Source: Myxococcales bacterium
Lineage (GTDB): Bacteria > Myxococcota_A > UBA9160 > SZUA-336
Direction: 5' to 3'
Length of the DNA stretch: 64,000 nucleotides
NCBI GenBank assembly: GCA_013215565.1
Contig: JABSQV010000127.1
Coordinates: 2,339-66,338, forward strand
Shown here: positions 17,906 through 25,495 of the stretch, piece by piece
Layout: each line of letters begins with the position of its first letter
How positions within the stretch are numbered: the stretch's first letter is position 1
Translations under genes and position numbers: made by a program
Notes under the pieces: generated by a model
The model's database searches: none
The model's input: only the letters and a program-made list of their open reading frames with translations
What the model was told of the DNA's origin: nothing

Positions 17906-19455
17906 GAGCCCGCCCCGTGCAGTCGGACGCGTGCCAGCGCGCGCAGCCCCCCGCCTGGCTCGAGTTCGAATCCGTCGAGACGCTTCGACACCACGGCGGT
18001 GTCATCTTCGTGCCACAGAAACACGTAGGGCAGGTCCCGGGCGAGCGTCTTCTCGATGCTTCGGTAAAGCCCGCGCCGCTCGGTTTCGTCCGCGGTGCCA
18101 CGGCTCCGTTCGATCCAGTGGTCGACCCGGTCGGAGCGGTAGCGTCCGCGATTGGCTCCCTCCGGCGGAATGCTCGCGGAGTGGAAGACGTAGTGGAAGA
18201 TGTCGGGGTCGGTCAGGCCCACCCACTTCAAGGTGTAGGCGTGAAAGTTCCCCCGCTGGATGTCGCCGTAGAAGGTCCCCCACTCGAGAGAGCGGGTTTC
18301 CATCTCGATTCCGACCTCGCCGAGTTGATAACCGATCACCTCGCCGATCTGCTTGCGCAGTCGGTCGGTCGAGGTCTTGTACGAGATGCGAAAGCGCGGC
18401 TCAGGCCCGGCGGGATCGGGATAGCCGGCCGCGTCGAGCAGTTCCCGCGCGCGGGCCGGGTCGTAGGCGATGCCCTCGCCGAATGCCGGTCGCGCGGCGT
18501 GGCCGGGTGGCAGCAGGGCCGAGGCCAGGCTCGCCCGCCCGCGCAGCAGCGTATCGACGATCGCGGCGCGGTCGATGGCGTGTGCGAGCGCGCGCCGGAC
18601 GCGCGGATCCGCGAGTTCCGGATGCTCCAGATTGAGCCCCAGGTAGGTGGTCGAGGCTCCGGGTCCGCGCAATACGCGCAGTCCTTCGGCTTCCTCGAGC
18701 GGGCGAAGCGCGTAAGGCGGGACTCCATTGACCACCAGGTGAACCGAACCCTTGAGCAACTCCAGCACCCGAGTCGCCGAGTTCGGTAGTACCCGCAGCA
18801 GCACCCGCGAAACCGGGGGTGCCCCTCCGAAGTATTCCGCATGCCGCTCGAGCAGAATCCGCCCCCCGCGGTCGAAGGCCGCGAGCTTGAAGGGCCCGGC
18901 GCAGATCGGCGACTCGAGCGCTTTCTTGCCCGCGGCCGCGACCTGCCCGGCGGGCAGGATCATCACGTCCGCGAGTTTGTACAAGAGCGGAGCAAAGGGC
19001 TCCCGGAGTTCGAAGACGACCTCGAACTCACCGTCCGCCCGAACCCGTTCCAGGAACGCGAGGCCTCCGGCTGCGATCGCGTGCACTCCGGGATCGAGTA
19101 CCGAGGCAAAGCTGGCTTCGACGTCGCGAGCCCGGAGCGGCGTCCCATCGTGAAAGCGGACGTCTTCCCGGAGTTCTACCCGAAAGCGGCGGGGGCCCTC
19201 GAAGTGCCCTGCGCGTGCGAGATCCGGTACCGGGGTTCCGCTGCGGTCGAACTTGTAGAGCGCATTGCAGATGAGTTGGATTACGTGAACCGCATTTGCG
19301 CCCCCCGCGAAGCGGGGATCCAGGGTCTGGGGCGTTGCGTCGAGGGCCACCACGATCGTGTCCGCTTCGGTCGCTTCGCTGCCGTGGCAGGCCACGGCCG
19401 CCAGCGACGCGAGCCCAGCCAGGCAAAGGAGCGACACACGAATGCACGCGCGCAC
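17902..19455 (-). CDS. ABC transporter substrate-binding protein, family 5 (peptide/nickel/murein-peptide type)
   Basis: SBP_bac_5 features throughout. Likely GTG start giving the signal peptide MRACIRVSLLCLAGLASLAAVAC. The raw ORF extends to 19950 but would overlap dacB. Confidence 0.85.
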   Translation of the reverse strand: MRACIRVSLLCLAGLASLAAVACHGSEATEADTIVVALDATPQTLDPRFAGGANAVHVIQLICNALYKFDRSGTPVPDLARAGHFEGPRRFRVELREDVRFHDGTPLRARDVEASFASVLDPGVHAIAAGGLAFLERVRADGEFEVVFELREPFAPLLYKLADVMILPAGQVAAAGKKALESPICAGPFKLAAFDRGGRILLERHAEYFGGAPPVSRVLLRVLPNSATRVLELLKGSVHLVVNGVPPYALRPLEEAEGLRVLRGPGASTTYLGLNLEHPELADPRVRRALAHAIDRAAIVDTLLRGRASLASALLPPGHAARPAFGEGIAYDPARARELLDAAGYPDPAGPEPRFRISYKTSTDRLRKQIGEVIGYQLGEVGIEMETRSLEWGTFYGDIQRGNFHAYTLKWVGLTDPDIFHYVFHSASIPPEGANRGRYRSDRVDHWIERSRGTADETERRGLYRSIEKTLARDLPYVFLWHEDDTAVVSKRLDGFELEPGGGLRALARVRLHGAGS

Positions 19456-19537
19456 GATGGAACGGCCCCCCGATCGGTCTGGTTCAGTGTGCGGGATGTC
19501 GACGCGAGCCGCACGCCCGCCTACCGTTCTTCGGTGC

Positions 19538-21007
19538 ATGCTGCGCACATCCAAAGCCGTGTTGGCAGGTTTTTTTGCGTTCGCGGGTGCCGGGGCGGGG
19601 CTTTGTGCCGAACCCGCAGACCCGCTGGCGAAGCTGCTCGCTGATCCGGCCCTGCGCGGGGCTTCGGTCGGAATCGTCGTCGAGGATCTCGCGAGCGGCG
19701 AGCGACGCTTCGCGCACGCGCCCGATCGGGCCCTGGTCCCGGCCTCGAACCAGAAGCTACTCGTGACCGCCGCCTCGCTGGCTGAGTTCGGCCCCGCCCA
19801 CCGCTTCGAGACGCCCGTGCGGGCGGACGGTCCGATCGATTGCAAGGGCGTCCTCGAGGGCACGCTCTGGGTCGTAGGCCGGGGGGATCCGAGCCTGATC
19901 TCGGAGAGCCTGTGGAAGCTGGCCGAAAAGATCCGGCTCGCCGGCATCACGCGGATTCGCGGCGGGATCGGCGTGGATGCCAGCTATTTCGACGGGATCC
20001 GCTTTCATCCGGACTGGGGCAGGGTCTCGTCCCGTGCCTACCATGCGCCGACCAGCGCGTTCGCGGCCAACTACTCGAGCTTCCGGGTCGAAGTCGCTCC
20101 GGGGCGGGCGCCCGGAGCCCCGGCCCGCGTGTGGATCGCGCCCGAGACCGGGCACCTCCGGCTCGACTCGAGCGCGGTCACGAGCCGGGGCCCGGGGGGT
20201 CACGCACGCCCGCTCCGGATCGACATCGAGCAGCTGCCAGACGGGACGCGAGAGCGGGTGCGGGTGCGAGGCACGGTGCCGGGCGGCGACACGCCGCGCA
20301 GCTTCTGGCGCGCGGTGACGCTTCCCGAGCGCTACGCTGCATCGCTGCTCCGAACCCAGCTCGAGGCGCACGGAATCCAAGTCGACGGGCCGATCCGGCT
20401 CGGCGCGGTTCCGTCCTCGGCGCGGGAACTGCTGGTGTGGAAGAGCGATCCGCTCTCCCGGATTCTTCAGCAGCAGAACAAGTGGAGCAACAACTTCATC
20501 TCCGAGCAACTCACGAAGGTACTCGGCGCCGAGACGGCCGGGCCCCCGGGAAGCTGGGAGAAGGGCACGCGCGCGCTCGATGTCTACCTCGCGTCGATCG
20601 GGGTTCCGCCGCGGGCGGGATACATCGCGGACGGTTCCGGGCTCTCGCTCCACAACCAGATCTCGCCGGCCGTCGTGGTCCGCGTGCTCCGAGAGGCGCT
20701 GCGTCGCTTCGATTCCGGTCCGGAGTTCCTGGCGTCGCTTCCACTCGGCGGCCTCGACGGGACGCTGCGCGACCGCATGGGCGAGGAGAAACCCACCCCG
20801 GTCCGCGCCAAGACCGGAAGCCTGCGCCGGGTCACCTCACTGTCGGGGGTCGTTTCGACCGCGTCCGGTGAGCGATGGCTCTTCTCCGCGCTCGTGAACG
20901 GCGGGCGCGGAAGCGATATCGCGGTGCAACGGGCGGTCGATCGCTTCGTGGCCGAGCTCGCGACGACCGGGGCTCCCGGGGAGGCCGCAGCCGCCGCGGG
21001 TCCCTGA
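19538..21007 (+). CDS. dacB: D-alanyl-D-alanine carboxypeptidase/endopeptidase (PBP4, peptidase S13)
   Basis: Signal peptide MLRTSKAVLAGFFAFAGAGAGLC, active-site SxxK (PASNQK) and PBP4 domain organisation. Confidence 0.85.
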   Translation: MLRTSKAVLAGFFAFAGAGAGLCAEPADPLAKLLADPALRGASVGIVVEDLASGERRFAHAPDRALVPASNQKLLVTAASLAEFGPAHRFETPVRADGPIDCKGVLEGTLWVVGRGDPSLISESLWKLAEKIRLAGITRIRGGIGVDASYFDGIRFHPDWGRVSSRAYHAPTSAFAANYSSFRVEVAPGRAPGAPARVWIAPETGHLRLDSSAVTSRGPGGHARPLRIDIEQLPDGTRERVRVRGTVPGGDTPRSFWRAVTLPERYAASLLRTQLEAHGIQVDGPIRLGAVPSSARELLVWKSDPLSRILQQQNKWSNNFISEQLTKVLGAETAGPPGSWEKGTRALDVYLASIGVPPRAGYIADGSGLSLHNQISPAVVVRVLREALRRFDSGPEFLASLPLGGLDGTLRDRMGEEKPTPVRAKTGSLRRVTSLSGVVSTASGERWLFSALVNGGRGSDIAVQRAVDRFVAELATTGAPGEAAAAAGP

Positions 21008-21077
21008 TCGCGCTCGCCCCGAACCCCGCGGGAACCTCATCCGATCCCGCAATCCGGTCCAGGAGCGCGAGAGCTGC

Positions 21078-21710
21078 TCAGGGGCTGGCGGCGACGAGGA
21101 GTGCGGTCTGGACCTTTCTGACGTACCGCTTCGGGAGTGCGTGACCGTGGCGAAGACGACGCGCGATCGCGGTCGGTCCCCAGTTGTAGGCGGCCAGGGC
21201 CCGCTTGCGATCTCCGTAACGAGCGTAGAGCTGACCCAGGTAGTAGGTACCGAGTTCGACGTTGATCGAGGGATCGAAGAGCGTGTTCTCGCCCTGCCAG
21301 TCGATGCCGACTTCGGCTGCGACTTCCATGCCCGTGGAGGGCAGCAACTGCATCAGGCCCAGCGCGTTGACACTGGAGCGTGAAAAATTGTAGTAGCCGC
21401 TCTCCGTCTGAATCACGGCGAGCACGAGCTCCCAGTCGAGGCCATTGCGGGCCGAAGCTTCGATGATCGTGAATGCGACCCGGCGGATCTCGGCGTCCGA
21501 GAGGCCGGACTGACGGCTGCGGAAGCGCTGTACGATCAGATCGACCGCGGTCGGGCCGAGCGGGACCGGCACTTCGCGCTCGACCGCTGGCTGGCCGGCA
21601 GCTGGGTCGAGTGTGGCCAGATCCGGGGAGGCCAGCAACGTGCAGGATGTGAAGTAGGCACAGAGCAGCGCGAGCGCCGCGATGCCGTTTCGCAGTCTTT
21701 CGGCCTGCAC
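21078..21710 (-). CDS. lytic transglycosylase (SLT domain) with signal peptide
   Basis: Catalytic-Glu context VIQTESGYYNFSRSSVNALGLMQLLPST is typical of SLT/MltE-like enzymes. Confidence 0.8.
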   Translation of the reverse strand: MQAERLRNGIAALALLCAYFTSCTLLASPDLATLDPAAGQPAVEREVPVPLGPTAVDLIVQRFRSRQSGLSDAEIRRVAFTIIEASARNGLDWELVLAVIQTESGYYNFSRSSVNALGLMQLLPSTGMEVAAEVGIDWQGENTLFDPSINVELGTYYLGQLYARYGDRKRALAAYNWGPTAIARRLRHGHALPKRYVRKVQTALLVAASP

Positions 21711-21714
21711 GGGC

Positions 21715-22053
21715 TCAGATCCCGAAGCTCGGCATGATTCCGAGCGCCTCGATGACCCGCATGTTGTTCCAGACCGCGATCCCGGGAAGCGCGATCAAGA
21801 TCAGGAGAATCACCAGACGCAAGCGCGGCGACAGCAGCGAAGTCCAGACGATGAAGCCGACCGTGAAGGTCGTGACGCTCATCTCAAAGACCAAGCCTTC
21901 GAGCAGGCCCATGGAGTCGAAGACCCAGCGCGCGACCGGGTTTGCCTCGACGACGAGAAAGCCCGGAATCGGCTCCACCAGACAGAAATAGGTGGTCGCG
22001 TTGTCCGCCAGGTTCAGGAGCAACACCAGCGCACCAAAAAGAAGACGTAGCAA
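21715..22053 (-). CDS. small integral membrane protein, hypothetical
   Basis: 112 aa with three predicted transmembrane segments, immediately upstream of and same-strand as the transglycosylase gene. Confidence 0.45.
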   Translation of the reverse strand: MLRLLFGALVLLLNLADNATTYFCLVEPIPGFLVVEANPVARWVFDSMGLLEGLVFEMSVTTFTVGFIVWTSLLSPRLRLVILLILIALPGIAVWNNMRVIEALGIMPSFGI

Positions 22054-22256
22054 GTGAACTTTCTCCGCCGAATGATTCCGCGGAGGGTCAGTTCAAGACC
22101 TGTGCCTCATCCGGGGCTTGCCGGGATTTCCTCGGCGACCCGAGGGCTTGCGCAGGGACCTGCCGGTCGCTGCCGGATCTTCGGACGGCCCCGGTGTAGC
22201 AATCCACTTCACCGCGGTGTGCGATCTGCATCACCGCGACGTGCGTTGAGCTGGAA

Positions 22257-22544
22257 TCAGCGGCGGCGCGGTTGTCCGCGTCCGAGCAGTAGCCAGTCCA
22301 GCGAAACGTTCTCTTGCAGTGCGAGCGTGATCAGGAAATCGGCGTGGGGCGTGGTTCCGCTCTCGTAGCGGTTCACGTTCTGCTGGAAGACCCCGAGTTC
22401 ACGCGCGAAGCCGCGCTGCGAGCGCGCGGATCGGATCTGCGAGAGTCGTCCCGCGATCTGCTTCTTGTGTCGCATCAGGGCAGCCTTTGTGACTCCGCGG
22501 GGACCACGGCTGCTTCGGGAGCTTCTTGCGATTGCCTTCGCCAT
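22257..22544 (-). CDS. XRE-family HTH transcriptional regulator
   Basis: Cro/C1-type HTH (RSQRGFARELGVFQQNVNRYESG). Strong GGAGGAG ribosome-binding site 6 nt before the ATG at 22544. Confidence 0.7.
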   Translation of the reverse strand: MAKAIARSSRSSRGPRGVTKAALMRHKKQIAGRLSQIRSARSQRGFARELGVFQQNVNRYESGTTPHADFLITLALQENVSLDWLLLGRGQPRRR

Positions 22545-22702
22545 TTGCCTGATCTCCTCCGACCTTGGAGTGGGGAGTTGCGCGTCGGAGAGTCAATTTC
22601 TCTTCTCCGGGCGGGATCCTGGGAGGTTGAGTTGGCACGGGGAACACTCGACACCGTACCCTCTCGCAATCCGTTCTGGGGGCGCATCCTAAGCGATCAG
22701 CA

Positions 22703-22984
22703 ATGCCCGTTCAACCCATGAAGTGTCATCACTGCCAGCGGCGCCTCGAACCGACGCGGCATGGCAGATCCGGGATTACCGTTGACTACTACCGGACCGT
22801 GACGGGTCCGCTCCAGAGCCAGGGGCCCGCGAACCAGGGCGAGCGCGAAGTGGGCGAGGAAGCGCCGCGCAACCGGCAGGTCGTGAGTCTGAGCGAGTTC
22901 TGCACATGCCGCGACTGCTGGCAGCGGCGCGAGATTCAAGCGTGGCTCTCGGCTGCCTGGCGTAGTGGCGTGATCGACTCCTGA
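22703..22984 (+). CDS. small Cys-rich (CxxC...CxCxxC) hypothetical protein, possible zinc ribbon
   Basis: 93 aa with CHHC and CTCRDC. GC3 is ~80%, compatible with coding. Divergent from the XRE gene. Weak evidence. Confidence 0.3.
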   Translation: MPVQPMKCHHCQRRLEPTRHGRSGITVDYYRTVTGPLQSQGPANQGEREVGEEAPRNRQVVSLSEFCTCRDCWQRREIQAWLSAAWRSGVIDS

Positions 22985-23022
22985 CCCGTGTTTGAGCAAA
23001 CTGTCAGCATGGACGGACACGG

Positions 23023-23637
23023 ATGCGTGTGATTGCGGGGCGCTGGCGTGGGCGGCGCCTACACTCGCCCGCGCCTGGAGGCCACGCACGCACTGGCGCG
23101 CCGGGTTCGCGAGGCGATGCCGTCCGTCCCACCTCGGATCGCGCGCGCGAGGGCCTCTTCGACTGGCTCGGCCCCTCGCTCGAGGGCGCGCGGGTCCTCG
23201 ATCTCTTCGCCGGCACCGGAGCGCTCGGAATCGAGGCGCTGTCCCGCGGGGCCGCGCACGCGGTTTTCGTGGAATACGACCCTCGGGCTCGCCGCGCGCT
23301 GTCTCGGAATCTGGCGGAACTCGAAGTGAATGATCAGAGCGAGCTGCTCGGCCTCGATGTGGAGGTCGGACTGGATCGCCTGGCGGCGCGGAACCGCTGC
23401 TTCGACCTGATTCTGGCCGATCCCCCCTGGGAGCGGCAGTGGGCCGAGCGCGTCCTGGGAGGGGTTTGTCGTGGTTGTTTGCTGGCGAAAGAGGGCATAC
23501 TCGTGATCGAACAGCGGAGCGGGAATCGGGAGAGCGGGGAGGGCACCCCGGAAGCGGGGCTCGCCCTACGTGAGACCCGACGCTACGGTGAGACCCGCTT
23601 CGACCGTTACGTGCGGGAGGGAACCGCGGAGTCATGA
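23023..23637 (+). CDS. rsmD: 16S rRNA (guanine966-N2)-methyltransferase RsmD
   Basis: RPTSDRAREGLFDWL and LDLFAGTGALGIEALSRGA...ADPP motifs. Classic rsmD-coaD pair. Confidence 0.85.
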   Translation: MRVIAGRWRGRRLHSPAPGGHARTGAPGSRGDAVRPTSDRAREGLFDWLGPSLEGARVLDLFAGTGALGIEALSRGAAHAVFVEYDPRARRALSRNLAELEVNDQSELLGLDVEVGLDRLAARNRCFDLILADPPWERQWAERVLGGVCRGCLLAKEGILVIEQRSGNRESGEGTPEAGLALRETRRYGETRFDRYVREGTAES

Positions 23638-24137
23638 GCGAGATCAGACGGGCCGTCTACCCGGCCAGCTTCGATCCGATCACGAACGGTCACCTCGATC
23701 TCATCGAGCGGGCCTCTCGCCTGTTCGATGAGGTGATCGTGGGCGTGGCCCTCAATCTCGAGAAGGATGGACTGTTCAGCTTCGAAGAGCGGATGGAGAT
23801 GCTGAGGGAGGTCCTCTCCGACCGCCCGAACCTGCGGGTCGATTCGATCGATGGACTGCTCGTAGACTACGCGCGCGAGGCCGGGGCTCAGGTCGTGATT
23901 CGGGGCCTGCGTGCGCTTTCGGACTTCGAGTACGAGTTCGAGATGACCCAGATGAACCACCACATGAACCCCGAGATCGAAACCGTCTTTCTCATGACCA
24001 GCGAAAAGTGGTTCTACGTGAGTTCCTCGCGCCTGCGCGAACTCGTCCGCTTCGGTCGGCAGGTGGACGAGTGGGTCCCACCCGTGGTTGCGAAGCGACT
24101 CCAAGAACGCCGGGCCACGAGCGTACGCAAGGGCTAA
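23634..24137 (+). CDS. coaD: phosphopantetheine adenylyltransferase
   Basis: AVYPASFDPITNGHLDLIERA (T/HxGH motif), 167 aa. Confidence 0.92.
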   Translation: MSEIRRAVYPASFDPITNGHLDLIERASRLFDEVIVGVALNLEKDGLFSFEERMEMLREVLSDRPNLRVDSIDGLLVDYAREAGAQVVIRGLRALSDFEYEFEMTQMNHHMNPEIETVFLMTSEKWFYVSSSRLRELVRFGRQVDEWVPPVVAKRLQERRATSVRKG

Positions 24138-25495
24138 CGCTCGATCTGGAACTCCTTCAGTTTGAGTTGGAGTCCCCGCCGCGAGAGCCCGAGGCGCCGG
24201 GCCGCGTGGGTGACGTTGCCCTCCGTAGCGGCTAGCGCTTCGACGATCGCCTGGCGTTCGATGCGCGCGGTCTCGCGCCGGACGAGTTCGCGCAACTTGC
24301 CGCAGTCGGCCGGTCCGCGGGGCTGCAGCTGCTGCAACGGTTCCGGCAGAGTTTCGAGCGTGAGTTCGGGCCCGTCGCACAGCAATACCGCGCGCTCGAT
24401 GGCGTTCTCGAGTTCCCGGATGTTGCCGGGCCAGTCGTACGCGCGGAGTGCGTCGAGCGTCCGAGCCTCGATTCCGAGGGGACCGTCACCGTGGGTGCGC
24501 GAGAAGCGCTCCAGAAAGAGCGACGCGAGCGCCTCGATGTCCTCCCGCCGCTCGCGGAGTGCCGGGACGTGGATCGGGAGCACGCACAGGCGGTAGAAGA
24601 GATCGGCCCGGAAGTTTCCCCGGGCCACTTCCTCCCCCAGCTCCCGATTCGTGGCCGAGATCAGGCGGAGTCGGACCTTGATGGTACGTGTTCCACCGAC
24701 TCGGAAGAAGCTCGCTTCCTGCAGGGCCCGCAACAGCTTGGGCTGGGCCGACAGGGGTATTTCGCCGATCTCGTCGAGGAAGAGGGTTCCCGACTCCGCG
24801 AGTTCGAAACGCCCCGGCTTCCGCGTACCGGCACCCGTGAACGCACCCTTTTCGTATCCGAACAGTTCGCTCTCGAACAGCGACTCGGGGATCGCGGCGC
24901 AGTTCACCTTGACGAAGGGTCCGCGTTGGAATTCGCTGTCCGCGTGAATCCGGCGTGCGACGAGTTCCTTTCCCGTACCGGTCTCGCCCGTGATGAGCAC
25001 CGTGGCGCTGGTCGGGGCCACCCGCTCGATCAGTCGCTCGACCTTTCTGAGGGCCGGGCTCAATCCGGTCAGCAGCTGTGCGGAGTCGTCTCCCGGGCCG
25101 GAGGAGGTCTCGGCCAATTCGAGCACGCGCGTTCGCACGGCCTTGGCCACGACCTGCTTGACCTCGGCGGGATCGAAGGGCTTGGTCAGATAGTCATGCG
25201 CCCCGTGCTTGAGGGCCTCGACTGCGCTTCCGATCGTGCCGAAGGCCGTGAGCAGGATCATGGGGACGGCCGCGCGGGTACGGCGCATTGCGGCGAGCAA
25301 CTCGAGCCCGTTCATGCGCGGCATCCTGAGGTCGCTGATGACGCAGTCGACGTGCGAACGCGCGAGTTCGTCGAGGGCCTCGATCCCGTCCGCAGCCTCG
25401 AGGATCTCGTATCCGTCGCGACGCAGAAGGGTGCCCAGAACGCGGCGCATGTTCGCCTCGTTCTCGACGATTAAAACGCTTCCGGCGCTCTTCAT
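24134..25495 (-). CDS. sigma-54-dependent response regulator (NtrC family)
   Basis: Receiver + AAA+ (GETGTGKE, GAFTGA) + HTH. Translationally coupled to the upstream histidine kinase. Confidence 0.9.
   Translation of the reverse strand: MKSAGSVLIVENEANMRRVLGTLLRRDGYEILEAADGIEALDELARSHVDCVISDLRMPRMNGLELLAAMRRTRAAVPMILLTAFGTIGSAVEALKHGAHDYLTKPFDPAEVKQVVAKAVRTRVLELAETSSGPGDDSAQLLTGLSPALRKVERLIERVAPTSATVLITGETGTGKELVARRIHADSEFQRGPFVKVNCAAIPESLFESELFGYEKGAFTGAGTRKPGRFELAESGTLFLDEIGEIPLSAQPKLLRALQEASFFRVGGTRTIKVRLRLISATNRELGEEVARGNFRADLFYRLCVLPIHVPALRERREDIEALASLFLERFSRTHGDGPLGIEARTLDALRAYDWPGNIRELENAIERAVLLCDGPELTLETLPEPLQQLQPRGPADCGKLRELVRRETARIERQAIVEALAATEGNVTHAARRLGLSRRGLQLKLKEFQIER

Noticed and set aside
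19358-19950. Longer N-terminal extensions of dacB (from 19358) and of the substrate-binding protein (to 19950)
   Set aside because: The extended versions would overlap each other by ~600 bp on opposite strands. Internal starts at 19538 (dacB) and 19455 (substrate-binding protein) yield proper signal peptides and leave an 83-bp divergent promoter region.
22630-22652. TTGGCACGGGGAACACT, resembling a sigma-54 -24 element
   Set aside because: The -12 position reads AC, not GC, so it fails the GG-N10-GC rule. No downstream gene in a suitable position.
22697-23635. 312-aa minus-strand ORF
   Set aside because: Antisense to rsmD and the small Cys-rich ORF. Proline/arginine-rich, no motifs.
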